Program-made: the position numbers and the translations under genes | Notes under the pieces: model-generated | Database searches by the model: none | What the model saw: the letters and a program-made list of their open reading frames with translations, nothing else | Told to the model about the DNA's origin: nothing | In this document: positions 11,201 through 20,150 of the stretch, piece by piece | Layout of the letters: each line of letters opens with the position of its first letter | Numbering within the stretch: the stretch's first letter is position 1 | Origin: Alphaproteobacteria bacterium | Lineage (GTDB): Bacteria; Pseudomonadota; Alphaproteobacteria; UBA828 | Length of the DNA stretch: 64,000 nt | Assembly (NCBI GenBank): GCA_965221125.1 | Contig: CBDCRW010000006.1 | Coordinates: forward strand, 64,001-128,000 | Reading direction: 5' to 3'

Positions 11201-14200
11201 CTTCGTGGGAGACCAGCGCCAGCGCGCCGGGGACCGCCACCGCCTGCCAGAAGTTCCACGCCTCGGGCGTGAACGCCCCTTCGTCGTGCAGGAACAGGAT
11301 TTCCGCCGCGTGCCGGCGCAGCAGGCCGTCCTCCAGCGCGGAGGGCTCGCGCGCGGCGGGATCGAGGCAGTCGAAGCGGAGCGCGGCGTCGTGCCCGTGG
11401 AAGGCGTCGAAGTGCGCACGCGCGCCCGCCTCGTCGTCGCCGACGAGCCAGAACGCGCTCTGCACCTCCTCCCGCGAGAGATGGTCGATGCAGCGGTGAA
11501 GCACGGTCTGTTCCGGCTCCCGGCCACCGGCGAACTCCACGGCGTGGCGGGCGCGCACGTCGTCGCACCCGTCCGCCTGCTCGAGCGCGGCGAGCAGGGC
11601 GGCCGGCTCGACCTCGCCGTCGGGCAACGCGTCCACGATCGCGCGGCCGTCGGCCACGAACTTCGGCTGCCAGGCGATGCGGTGCTTGGTGTACGGCAGG
11701 TCGACCCGTCGCGGGTTCGAGATGAAGGAGATGTACTTCTCGATGTGAAGGATGAGGTCTCCGGTCTCACCGTCGTAGCAACTCAAGCTGCCGGAAACCC
11801 ACTCCCCCGTCGGCACCGTGTATTGGCCCTTGTCGTCGACCTCGTACCGAATGCCGTCGGGATAGGTCACGCGGCACGTCATTCGCGGCACCGTGGGTGG
11901 GCGCAAGAAGGTCACGTTCTCGGCCCGACGCGGAATGGCAAAAAGATCGGCTCCGAGCATCAGGTCATAGAGATACGACTGCAATCCGCCGTCGAGCAGA
12001 GCCGGGAACAGGGTGTAGCCCTCTTCCTGGCCCGCTTGCCACAGGGCTTCGTCCACCTCGACATCGAAGAGCAGGAAATCGGTGGCGATCTCACGCCGCA
12101 GCCGACGCATGTTGCGGAAGTGGGGACCGTACTGGAAGGTTTCACCGAGAACCGTCTCGAAGCGTTCGTAGAGCTCGTCGTCCGACGCATAGGGCAGGGG
12201 CTCGTAGCGGGACTCGTCGATCTCCCTCACGTGTTCGGGCACGTCCGGCATGTGCTCAGGCCCGATGCGGCGCGCCCGGCCGCGGCAGTGCAGCTCGCAC
12301 TTCGCGTCGATGTCGTAGGGCTGGGTCGAGATGGTGACGGTGAATTCGCCGGGCGAGTTCGACACCGGCTGCAGGGCCGTCTGCAGCCGCAGCGGCGTCC
12401 TCGGAACAGGGCAGGGCTGGAGGAATTCCAGCATCTCGATGTGGACGGGTGCACCCTCCAGGGCCTGCAGAACAAGTTCGACAAAACCCGCGGCCGGCAT
12501 GATCGGCGCGTGGTGGACGCGATGCTCCGCCAGCCACGGAAACGCTCTTTCCGACAGCCGCGCTTCGAACAGGAGATGGTCGCTCGGGACGCGGTGGCCG
12601 ACCAGGGGCCCGTGCGCGTACTCGCTCTGCTGCAGGAAGAACTCGTCGTCCAGCGCCCTGTCGACGCTCTTCTGCTCGTCGCGCGGGTGCCCCGGCAGCA
12701 GAGGGACGATGGGGTCCGGCCTGGGATACTGGGCCGCGAAATCCAGCGATACGCCGGCCCTGAAGAGGGCGCCGAGCGCCTCGTGAAAGGCGAGGCGCGT
12801 ATCGGCGTCCCGCATGAGGGTCGGGACGGAGACGGGCGGCGATGCGGCGTCTTCCACGCATTGCGCGATGAGGGGCTGGAGCGCCGAGTGGGGTGCGAGC
12901 TCCAGCACCACGCCGGGCCGGTGCTCGCGCTTGACGGCCTCCATCGCTGCGGCAAAGCGGACCGGCTGGCGGATGTTCGACCACCAGTAGGCGCTGTCCA
13001 ACCGCTCCGTCTCGGTGCCCATCACCGACGAGACGAAGGGCACGTCCGCGTCGAAGGCGCGGCCGTCGAGGAAGGCGAGCGCGGCGAAGACATCGGCCTC
13101 GATAGCGTCCATCGCCCGGGAGTGGAAGGCGATGTTGCCCGGGATCAGGCGGTTCTGGAGGTTGCGGCGATCCAGCGCCGCCATCACCGTCCGCAGGTCG
13201 TCCTCCCGGCCGCAGATGACCGTGTTGGCCGGCGCGTTCTCGCAGGCGATCTCCACCCGGACGGGCCGGCCGCCGCCCTGGCGGAAGGGAACGTCCAGGC
13301 CGTCGAGCAGCTCCTCCACGCCCGGCCGGTCGAGGCCGATCGCCAGCATGCGGCCTGACCCCGCCACGCGCTGCTGCAGGGTGGCGCGATGGAAGACCAG
13401 GCGCGTCGCATCGGCGAGCGAGAGCGCGCCGCACGCGTACGCCGCGGCGACCTCGCCGGAGCTGTGGCCCACCACGCAGTCGGGATGGACGCCCCAGGTC
13501 TTGAACAGCTCCACCAGCGCGCACTGGATCATGAAGATGGCGGGCTGGGCGAGCTGAACCTCGTCGAGCTCGTCCTGGGGAGCCGAGAAGCAGGCCGCGC
13601 GCAGGGAGGTCTCCGCGTGTTCCCGCCAGTGCTCGTCGATGGCGTCGATGGCGCGGCGGAACACGGGATGCGCCTCGTAGAGCGCTTGGCCGCAGCCAGC
13701 CCACTGCGTGCCCTGCCCGGCGAAGACCATGGCCAGCCGGCGCTCACCCTCCTCCGCGCTGGCGATGGGAGCCTCTGCCTCTGCGAAGGCATCCAGCGCC
13801 TCGGTGAGCTCGGGCACGCTCCGCGCCACGAACGACGTGCGCGCGGCGAAATGGGTGCGGCGGCGGCTGAGATTGCCGGCGAGCGCGTAGAGGTCCACCG
13901 GCTCCTCGTCGAGCAGCCGGCGCAGGCGCCCCGCGCTCTCGACCAGCGCCTTCGGCGTGCGTGCCGAGAGCGGGATCATGTAGCCCGCCTCCGGCGCGAG
14001 CGGCAGCGACCAGAGCCGGGGCCGCGCCGGGCGGTACTCGCGCACCACGCAGTGGCCATTGGCGCCGCCGAAGCCGAAGGAGTTGATGCCGACGACGACG
14101 GGATGGTCGGGGAAGGGCTCACATTCCGTCTGCACCTCCATGGGGCCGCGCGCGAAGTCGATCTCCGGATTGGGCACCTGGAAGCTCTTCGACGTGGGCG

Positions 14201-15350
14201 CGAAGGTGCGCCGCTGCATCATCAGGATCACCTTGAGCAGGGCGCAGTGGAACGCGGCGGCCTCCATGTGCCCGACGTTGCTCTTGACGCTGGAGACCCT
14301 GAGGGGGACGTCGCGCCCGGACTCGCCGAACGCCTCGGCGATGGCGTTGCCCTCGATGCGGTCGCCGACCTCGGTTCCGGTGGCGTGGGCCTCGATGTAG
14401 TCGAACTCCCCCGGCGTCCGCGCGGCGCGGGCCGCGGCCTCGCGCATCAGCTCGATCTGGGCGTGGCGGGTGGGCGCGCTGATGAAGCGCCCCGGCGCGA
14501 GGCCGGCGGAGCCGTCGGCGGCGCCAGCCGCGTTCACCGCCGTCGCCTCGATCACGGCGTAGATCGGGTCGCCGTCGCGCTCCGCCGCCGCCAGCGGCTT
14601 GACGGCGAAGACGAACGCGCCCTCGGAGCGCATGTAGCCGTTGGCTGCGGCATCGAAGGAATGGCAGACGCCGTCCGGGCTGATGATGCCCATGAGGTTG
14701 AAACCGCTGCTCATCCGGGCGCTGCCGAGATAGGTGACGGCGCCGACGAGCGCCTGGTCGCAGTCGCCGCTGCCGAGCGCGTTCATCGCCGCGTGCAGCG
14801 CGGTCACGCCGGCGGAGCAGGCGGTGCAGTAGGTCGCCGACGAGCCCATGAGGTTGAAGTGGTAGGATACCCGGTTGGCCAGCATGGCCAAGCTGATGCC
14901 GCCGACGGAATACTCCGTGACGCCATGCTGCGGCCGCCAGTTGGAGACGGCGGGAACCTGGGAGCCGATGAAGACGCCGGTGGCGCTGTTGCGCAGGGAG
15001 TGGAGGTCCCAGCCGACATGCTCGATGGCCTCCCACGCGCAGTTCAGCAGCATCCTGACCTGCGGCTCGGTCTGCCGCAGTTCGTTATGGGACATGCCGA
15101 AGAAGGTGCGGTCGAAGAGCAATTCGTCTTCGTCGCGGATGAGCCCCTCATAAGGGCTTGCGAGGCGACCGGGGCCCGAAAACTTGCCTATGGGCAGATG
15201 GCCTCGTCCATAACGAACGCTTATCGGCTCCTGGACGATATCGCGCTCGCTGAGCAGGCGCCAGAACTCCGCATCCGAACGGATGCCGCCGGGCATGCGG
15301 TAGCCGTACCCGGTGATCGCAACCCCGCCGCTGATGTCACGAGCGTCCAT
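8289..15350 (-). CDS. swfA: Monomodular fully reducing type I PKS/FAS (KS-AT-DH-pseudoMT-ER-KR-ACP), SwfA-type
   Basis: KS CTACSAG / EAHATGT / KSNVGHME; AT GHSSGE and IAFHS; DH HRVHHAPIMP and LLDGGLQ; ER LIHSAMGGIG; KR TGGLGGFG, LDD, YSAAN; ACP FGLNSISV; no TE domain. Confidence 0.9.
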   Translation of the reverse strand: MDARDISGGVAITGYGYRMPGGIRSDAEFWRLLSERDIVQEPISVRYGRGHLPIGKFSGPGRLASPYEGLIRDEDELLFDRTFFGMSHNELRQTEPQVRMLLNCAWEAIEHVGWDLHSLRNSATGVFIGSQVPAVSNWRPQHGVTEYSVGGISLAMLANRVSYHFNLMGSSATYCTACSAGVTALHAAMNALGSGDCDQALVGAVTYLGSARMSSGFNLMGIISPDGVCHSFDAAANGYMRSEGAFVFAVKPLAAAERDGDPIYAVIEATAVNAAGAADGSAGLAPGRFISAPTRHAQIELMREAAARAARTPGEFDYIEAHATGTEVGDRIEGNAIAEAFGESGRDVPLRVSSVKSNVGHMEAAAFHCALLKVILMMQRRTFAPTSKSFQVPNPEIDFARGPMEVQTECEPFPDHPVVVGINSFGFGGANGHCVVREYRPARPRLWSLPLAPEAGYMIPLSARTPKALVESAGRLRRLLDEEPVDLYALAGNLSRRRTHFAARTSFVARSVPELTEALDAFAEAEAPIASAEEGERRLAMVFAGQGTQWAGCGQALYEAHPVFRRAIDAIDEHWREHAETSLRAACFSAPQDELDEVQLAQPAIFMIQCALVELFKTWGVHPDCVVGHSSGEVAAAYACGALSLADATRLVFHRATLQQRVAGSGRMLAIGLDRPGVEELLDGLDVPFRQGGGRPVRVEIACENAPANTVICGREDDLRTVMAALDRRNLQNRLIPGNIAFHSRAMDAIEADVFAALAFLDGRAFDADVPFVSSVMGTETERLDSAYWWSNIRQPVRFAAAMEAVKREHRPGVVLELAPHSALQPLIAQCVEDAASPPVSVPTLMRDADTRLAFHEALGALFRAGVSLDFAAQYPRPDPIVPLLPGHPRDEQKSVDRALDDEFFLQQSEYAHGPLVGHRVPSDHLLFEARLSERAFPWLAEHRVHHAPIMPAAGFVELVLQALEGAPVHIEMLEFLQPCPVPRTPLRLQTALQPVSNSPGEFTVTISTQPYDIDAKCELHCRGRARRIGPEHMPDVPEHVREIDESRYEPLPYASDDELYERFETVLGETFQYGPHFRNMRRLRREIATDFLLFDVEVDEALWQAGQEEGYTLFPALLDGGLQSYLYDLMLGADLFAIPRRAENVTFLRPPTVPRMTCRVTYPDGIRYEVDDKGQYTVPTGEWVSGSLSCYDGETGDLILHIEKYISFISNPRRVDLPYTKHRIAWQPKFVADGRAIVDALPDGEVEPAALLAALEQADGCDDVRARHAVEFAGGREPEQTVLHRCIDHLSREEVQSAFWLVGDDEAGARAHFDAFHGHDAALRFDCLDPAAREPSALEDGLLRRHAAEILFLHDEGAFTPEAWNFWQAVAVPGALALVSHEDGTVIEPAAGWTTLRTGRRSTLLQAPPHRVDAPDDAVLPGPRWVLGEPQSLATAWADLLDDPSVHPLPYEALASDDRLDPEACPHAADVHAIDVFFDRDAEDPTGEKAVSLFVAFIQSLVPYRIDEASCRCRVTVATRKAVLDAEDARGSALWGAVRSMAAEVAEEAKLDFRLVDLGSADDLKTLAWLARHDLRERELGVRDGRLWAPRVLSDRAPFPPVPAGEDPPYRLFLENAGQIAGLQMKTCEPPPLGPHHVEIDVAAAALNFRDVMVTLGLLPALAYERSALGREVGMEASGVVRRAGMAVDGLEPGDEVVFVDGGCIANRAVVGQHRVFPKPAGLSMEEAASSLSVYVTSYYALIHLARLRKGQRVLIHSAMGGIGQAAIALAGDVGAEVYATAGSESKREQLRALGVRAAFDSHSEDWYEGLMAATGGQGVDVVLNSLAGRHVSLCLEALRPGGWHCEIGKVDIYADSALGLRVFRKNLRFAAIDLDRLMVDDPLLSRELSQACLDLLDRGVVPPLPVTVFPYGDYAKALRLMTSGQHQGKLVLQAPPAGAAPDFPIDDRRPLLDPDATYLVTGGLGGFGQRLLPYLATAGARHLTLMDRDPERRRSETWLRRSTTLADIGKGIEIDLVQGDVALEADVRRCVADVKRPLKGVFHLAGALDDCLLADLSADSVARVFAPKARGALNLHRATAGLALDHFVMVSSTSSTFGNPGQINYSAANAYLDGLAACRRRDGLPALSYNLAAVADAGMAARNLGVLRLMKAAGMPPVSSYFAVANLDYALRTMGGSDHLITALFKRLLWSVDSADHMRTGRLMSNQDAFAVGTDERLTVDGVMAQIAAKVAELCGHDEGGLEEPLSSFGLNSISVAELGAFIQSEFGFQASALELMTTASCQSLAHAIVHGTETDDGTDADDEDGGTLDAPLAAARRVRRKPSVFASPPEDHFPPAPCSGNSAAKAMAAE

Positions 15351-15602
15351 GCAAAAGAACCCCGGCGAAAGGTGTCATTGACTCCGCATCAGAGACTTCC
15401 GGAACGCAAGCCGGCGATATCAGGTATCCAAGCAATCGTGCCGCGTTCCAAGCCTGTTCGATTGCCCTTCCTCCCCTTGATCGACACGTTATGTCCATAT
15501 CGTATAGTCCGCAGCCGCATCACCTCCAATAGCGATTTCTTAGCCGTTCCATAAGTATCGCTGATTGAGGACAGAAGCAGGATTCGCCCGCGCCAGCCGC
15601 CA

Positions 15603-16010
15603 TCAGCCTACGATCTCGCCGTCGACCATGGCGATCGCCTCGATCTCGATTTCGAGCTCGGGCAGCGCGAGGCCCGTGATCTCGACGATGGTGTCGGCCG
15701 GGTAGGGCGGCGTGAAATACTTCTCGCGGAGCGCCACGATCTTGCCGAAGTTGCCCATGTCCTTCAGGTAGATGTTCACCTTGACGATCTTGGCCAGGCT
15801 GGAGCCGCCGGCCTCCAGCACCGCCGCCAGGTTCTTGAAGGTCTGTTCGGCCTGCGCGTCGAAGTTGCCGACGCCGACGATGGTGCCGTCGAGGTCGATG
15901 GCGGTCTGGCCGGAGACGAAGATCAAATCGCCCACGCGGTAGGCCTGCGCCAGCTTGAAGGGCTCGTAGGGATCGGGGTCGGTCTTGATGCGAACGGCGT
16001 TATCGGCCAT
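15603..16010 (-). CDS. RidA/YjgF family enamine/imine deaminase
   Basis: LIFVSGQ, IVKVNIYL, PYPADTIVEITGLALPELEIEIEAIA. Confidence 0.88.
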   Translation of the reverse strand: MADNAVRIKTDPDPYEPFKLAQAYRVGDLIFVSGQTAIDLDGTIVGVGNFDAQAEQTFKNLAAVLEAGGSSLAKIVKVNIYLKDMGNFGKIVALREKYFTPPYPADTIVEITGLALPELEIEIEAIAMVDGEIVG

Positions 16011-16130
16011 CGGTCTTCTCCCTCTCGGTCGCTGCGAAGCGGGGGTGCGAAACGGCATCCTCGCCGACCGCGCCGCCAGATGCTAGGACGCGCCGAGCCG
16101 CGACGGCGGCGCCAACAGGAGACCGACGAC

Positions 16131-16928
16131 ATGAGCGACACTGTGCTGATCGAGCGAGACGGCGGCATCGCCCGGGTGACCCTCAACCGGCCCGACGTGC
16201 TGAACGCGCTCGACGACGAGCTCTGCGATGCCCTGGTCGGCACGCTGGCCGGCGTGGAGCGCGATCCCGAGGTGCGCGTGATGGTGCTGCAGGGCGCCGG
16301 CGGCTACTTCATGGCGGGCGGCGACCTGCGCTCCTTCCACGCGCTGATCGAACGTGCGCCGGACGAGCGCCGGCGGCACTTCGAGACGATGATCGACCGG
16401 GTTCACGCGATCATCCGCATCATGCGGCGCATGCCGCAGCCGATCGTCGCCAGGATCGACGGCGCCGCCGGCGGCTTCGGGCTGAGCCTGGTTCTCGCCT
16501 GCGACCTCGCCGTCGCCGCGACCGACGCCATCTTCACCATGGCCTACTGCCGCATCGGCACCAGCCCCGACGGCTCTTCCACCTGGTTCCTGCCGCGCAC
16601 GGTGGGCGCCAAGAAGGCGATGGAGCTGGCGCTGCTCGGCGACCGCTTCGGCGCGCGCGAGGCGGAACGGCTCGGCATCGTGAACCGCGTCGTCTCCCCG
16701 CACAGGCTGGAGGAAGAGACGGACGCGCTCGCCCGCCGCCTCGCCGCCGGGCCTGCCCTGGCCTACGCCAACACCAAGCGGCTGCTCCAGGCCTCGCCCC
16801 ATGCGTCGCTCGAGGAACAGCTGCAGGCGGAAGGCGAGCGCTTCGCCGACTGCGCGGCGAGCGCGGATTTCGCCGAGGGTGTGCGCGCCTTCGTCGAGAA
16901 GCGCCGGCCCAGCTTCACCGGGCGCTGA
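16131..16928 (+). CDS. Enoyl-CoA hydratase/isomerase family protein (PaaG-like)
   Basis: TLNRPDVLNAL, FMAGGDL, AAGGFGLSLVLACD, DFAEGVRAFVEKRRPSFTG. Confidence 0.9.
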   Translation: MSDTVLIERDGGIARVTLNRPDVLNALDDELCDALVGTLAGVERDPEVRVMVLQGAGGYFMAGGDLRSFHALIERAPDERRRHFETMIDRVHAIIRIMRRMPQPIVARIDGAAGGFGLSLVLACDLAVAATDAIFTMAYCRIGTSPDGSSTWFLPRTVGAKKAMELALLGDRFGAREAERLGIVNRVVSPHRLEEETDALARRLAAGPALAYANTKRLLQASPHASLEEQLQAEGERFADCAASADFAEGVRAFVEKRRPSFTGR

Positions 16929-16931
16929 GCC

Positions 16932-17672
16932 ATGGGCGGCAGGCTCGCCGGCAAGACCGCGCTGATCACGGCGGCAGGGCAAGGGATCGGCCACGCGACC
17001 GCCGTGGCGTTCCAGAAGGAAGGGGCGCGGGTCTGGGCGACGGATATCGACGAGGCCAAACTCGCCGGCCTCGCCACGCTGGAGCGCGTCACCTGCCGGG
17101 CGCTCGACGTGCGCGACAGCGATGCCGTCGCCGCGCTGGCGGACGAGACCGGCGCGCTCGACGTGCTCTTCAACTGCGCGGGCCGGGTGCCCCACGGCGC
17201 GATCCTCGACTGCGCGGCGCAAGACTGGGCGGAGGCGCTCGACCTCAACGTGACCGCGATGTACCGGACGATCCGCGCCTTCCTGCCGGCGATGCTGGCG
17301 CAGGGCTCAGGCTCGATCATCAACATGGCGTCGGTGGTCTCGACGCTGAAGGCCGCGCCGGAGCGCTGCGCCTACCACGCCAGCAAGGCCGCGGTCTTGG
17401 GGCTCACCACGTCGGTCGCGTTCGACTACGCAGGCCGCGGCATCCGCTGCAACGCGGTCTGCCCCGGCGCGATCGATACCCCCTCCTTCGACGAGCGGAT
17501 GGATGCCCACGCCGAGCCCGAGGCCGCGCGCAGGGCCTTCATCGCGCGCCATCCGATCGGGCGGATCGGATCGCCGTCCGAGGTGGCGGCGCTCTGCGTC
17601 TATCTGGGGTCGGACGAATCCGCCTTCACCACCGGCCAGGCGCTGGTGATCGACGGCGCCTGGAGCCTGTGA
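16932..17672 (+). CDS. Short-chain dehydrogenase/reductase (BDH2/UcpA-like)
   Basis: TAAGQGIG, LFNCAG, YHASKAA, NAVCPGAIDTP, TGQALVIDG. Confidence 0.9.
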   Translation: MGGRLAGKTALITAAGQGIGHATAVAFQKEGARVWATDIDEAKLAGLATLERVTCRALDVRDSDAVAALADETGALDVLFNCAGRVPHGAILDCAAQDWAEALDLNVTAMYRTIRAFLPAMLAQGSGSIINMASVVSTLKAAPERCAYHASKAAVLGLTTSVAFDYAGRGIRCNAVCPGAIDTPSFDERMDAHAEPEAARRAFIARHPIGRIGSPSEVAALCVYLGSDESAFTTGQALVIDGAWSL

Positions 17673-17679
17673 CGGCCCG

Positions 17680-17710
17680 AGAGCGTTTCCGTCTCACACG
17701 GAAACGCTCT
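17680..17710. repeat. REP-like palindrome agagcgtttccg-N7-cggaaacgctct
   Basis: Perfect 12-bp inverted repeat just after the SDR stop; related copy at 41918-41949. Confidence 0.65.
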
Positions 17711-17713
17711 AAG

Positions 17714-17815
17714 CATTTATCGCTCACGGCAGCTGGCCGGCCTGCGCTTGCGCGCCGCATTCGCGGCGGGCCGCGGTCGCGGCCTGGAGCGCGTCCGTCA
17801 AAGCCGGACGCGCTC
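17714..17815. repeat. GC-rich multi-hairpin interspersed repeat, copy 2
   Basis: Same orientation and core sequence as 5581-5691; lies between convergent genes. Confidence 0.8.
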
Positions 17816-17833
17816 AAGACAGCCCGGACGGGG

Positions 17834-18727
17834 CTAACCCTCGGTCGCCTCCCGCGAATCCCGGCGCGATGCGACCAGCCCGAAGAGGGCGTTGGCCGCC
17901 ACCGAGGCCAGGATCACCACGGCGCCGATGAAGACCAGCGTGCCCGGAAGTTCGCCGAAGCCGAGCCAGACCCAGACCGGCGCGAAGACCGCGTCGATCA
18001 GCACGACGAAGATGAGCACCGGCGCTGGCAGGTAGCGCGCGGCGTAGAAGTAGAGGGTGAGCGCAGACGCGAGCTGCACCAGCCCGAGAGCCGCCATGAA
18101 CCCCACTTCGCGACCGGTCGCCTCGAACGGCAGCGCGAACGGCAGCGAGAGGAGGCCCGCGATCACCGCCGCCATCAGCACCGCCGGCTCCATCCGCCCG
18201 GTGCGGAAGCGGCGCGCGATCAGCGTCTGGATCGCGATAGCGGCGGCGATGGAAAGCGCGAGCAGGTTGCCGATCACGCCGCCGCCGCCCATGTCGCTCC
18301 AGAACATGACGCCGACGCCGCAGAGACTTCCCAGCATCGCGAGCCAGGTGCGGAGCGCCACCGGCTCGCCGAGGACCGGCTTGGCCAGCAACGCCACCAT
18401 GACGGTCGACGTCGTCATGATCGCGATCACGTTGGCGACCAGCGTGTACTGCATCGACAGCACGTAGGCGATGATCCCCCACGCCGTGGCGACGCCCACC
18501 GCGACCACCGGCCAGCCCGAGGCGCGGAGCAGCGGCCACACCCGCCCCCGCTCGCTCACGAGGAGGATCAGGAGGATGCCGAGCCCGGCGAAGAAGCAGC
18601 GGACGGCGATGATCTCCCACGGGTCGACCGACACCGAGCGGACGAAGAAGCCGCCCGTGCTGAAGCAGAGGCCTGAGACGATCGCGAGGCCGGCGCCGAC
18701 GAGCAGGCGGCGGCGGGCAGGGGTCAT
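17834..18727 (-). CDS. EamA/DMT family transporter
   Basis: About 10 hydrophobic segments in two repeated halves; VLGEPV and LGFGELP motifs. Confidence 0.88.
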   Translation of the reverse strand: MTPARRRLLVGAGLAIVSGLCFSTGGFFVRSVSVDPWEIIAVRCFFAGLGILLILLVSERGRVWPLLRASGWPVVAVGVATAWGIIAYVLSMQYTLVANVIAIMTTSTVMVALLAKPVLGEPVALRTWLAMLGSLCGVGVMFWSDMGGGGVIGNLLALSIAAAIAIQTLIARRFRTGRMEPAVLMAAVIAGLLSLPFALPFEATGREVGFMAALGLVQLASALTLYFYAARYLPAPVLIFVVLIDAVFAPVWVWLGFGELPGTLVFIGAVVILASVAANALFGLVASRRDSREATEG

Positions 18728-18852
18728 GGGCGGGCTCCCGTGTCACCCGATCCGTGCCGTGACTCGGGGCCGGGCGCCGGCATGGTAGCGCGTCGCGCCG
18801 TGCGGCGCTTGCCGGCGGATGACGCTGGCGCGGCGCTCTGGCATGGTGAGGC

Positions 18853-20097
18853 ATGAGCGAAGACCCGAAAATTCTTTTGCGCCGCCTGCTGGACGTGGCC
18901 CTTGCCAGCGCCCGGCCGGCGCGCTGCGTGCCGCCGCACCTGCCCGAGCCGCCCCCGGGCCGCACCGTGGTCGTCGGCGCGGGCAAGGCGGCAGCGACCA
19001 TGGCGCAGGCCGTGGAAGATCATTGGGAGGGTTCCCTCGAAGGCCTGGTCGTGACCCGCTACGGCCACCGCGTGCCGACGCGGGCGATCGAGGTGGTCGA
19101 GGCGGCGCATCCGGTGCCGGACGCCGGCGGGCGCGAGGCCGCTGCGCGTATCCTCGCCATGGCCGAGGGACTGGAGGCGGACGATCTCGCGCTCTGCCTC
19201 ATCTCGGGCGGCGGCTCGGCGCTGCTCACCCTGCCGGCGCCAGGGATCACGCTTGCGGACAAGCAGGCGGTGACCGGCGCGCTGCTTCGTTCGGGCGCCG
19301 CCATCGGCGAGATAAACGCCGTGCGCAAGCACCTCTCCGCCATCAAGGGCGGACGGCTGGGCGCGGCCTGCCACCCGGCGCGCCTCGTGAGCCTCCTGAT
19401 CTCGGACGTGCCGGGAGACGATCCCGCGGTGATCGGCTCAGGACCCACCGTGCCCGACCCCACCACCTTCGCGGACGCCCTCGGCGTGCTGCGAAAGTAC
19501 GGGATAGGCGAGCCCGCCGCCGTCATCCGGCACCTCGAGAGCGGGACGGAGGAGACGCCGAAGGAGGGCGATCCCCGGCTCGGCGGCGCCGAGACCCGGA
19601 TCGTGGCGACCCCCGCCATGGCGCTAGCCGCCGCCGCCGAGGTGGCGCGCGCGGCCGGCTACACGCCCGTCATCCTGGGCGATGCGCTGGAGGGCGAGGC
19701 GCGCGATCTCGCCCGCGAGCATGCGGCTCTCGCCCATGACGCGGCGCCCGGCACCGTGCTGCTCTCCGGCGGCGAGGCGACGGTGACCGTGACGGGCGAA
19801 GGCCGGGGCGGTCCCAACGCCGAGTACGCGCTGGCGCTCGCGCTCGCCCTCGACGGCGCGCCCGGCATCTTCGCCACCGCCTGCGACACCGACGGGATCG
19901 ACGGCACCGAGGACAACGCCGGCGCGCTCGTGGCGCCCGATACGCTCGCGCGGGGCCGGGCGGTGGGGGAGGACGCGGCAGGCCGGCTCGCCGCCAACGA
20001 CGCCTACGGCTTCTTCGCCGCGCTCGGCGACCTGGTGATGACCGGGCCGACGCTCACCAACGTCAACGACTTCCGCGCGATCCTCGTTCGCCGTTGA
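18853..20097 (+). CDS. ttuD: Glycerate kinase type 2 / hydroxypyruvate reductase (MOFRL, TtuD-like)
   Basis: GAGKAA, EAAHPVPD, LISGGGSAL, RKHLSAIKGG, GRGGPNAE, DTDGIDG, TGPTLTNVND. Confidence 0.9.
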   Translation: MSEDPKILLRRLLDVALASARPARCVPPHLPEPPPGRTVVVGAGKAAATMAQAVEDHWEGSLEGLVVTRYGHRVPTRAIEVVEAAHPVPDAGGREAAARILAMAEGLEADDLALCLISGGGSALLTLPAPGITLADKQAVTGALLRSGAAIGEINAVRKHLSAIKGGRLGAACHPARLVSLLISDVPGDDPAVIGSGPTVPDPTTFADALGVLRKYGIGEPAAVIRHLESGTEETPKEGDPRLGGAETRIVATPAMALAAAAEVARAAGYTPVILGDALEGEARDLAREHAALAHDAAPGTVLLSGGEATVTVTGEGRGGPNAEYALALALALDGAPGIFATACDTDGIDGTEDNAGALVAPDTLARGRAVGEDAAGRLAANDAYGFFAALGDLVMTGPTLTNVNDFRAILVRR

Positions 20098-20150
20098 CCG
20101 CCGGCGGCGGCCCGTCGATAACGGACACAAAGACCGCAGAGGCAGTTCCC

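Noticed and set aside
9399-13358. 1319-aa plus-strand ORF and other long antisense or alternative-frame ORFs (e.g. 13389-15554, 31366-34185, 44153-47089, 44725-47313, 55980-58049)
   Set aside because: Shadow frames of well-supported genes in high-GC DNA; Arg/Gly/Ala-rich with no family motifs
17669-18676. ORFs starting in the repeat element (also 5584-6618) sharing the peptide ARRIRGGPRSRP
   Set aside because: The shared peptide is just translation of the DNA repeat; the remainder is antisense to real genes
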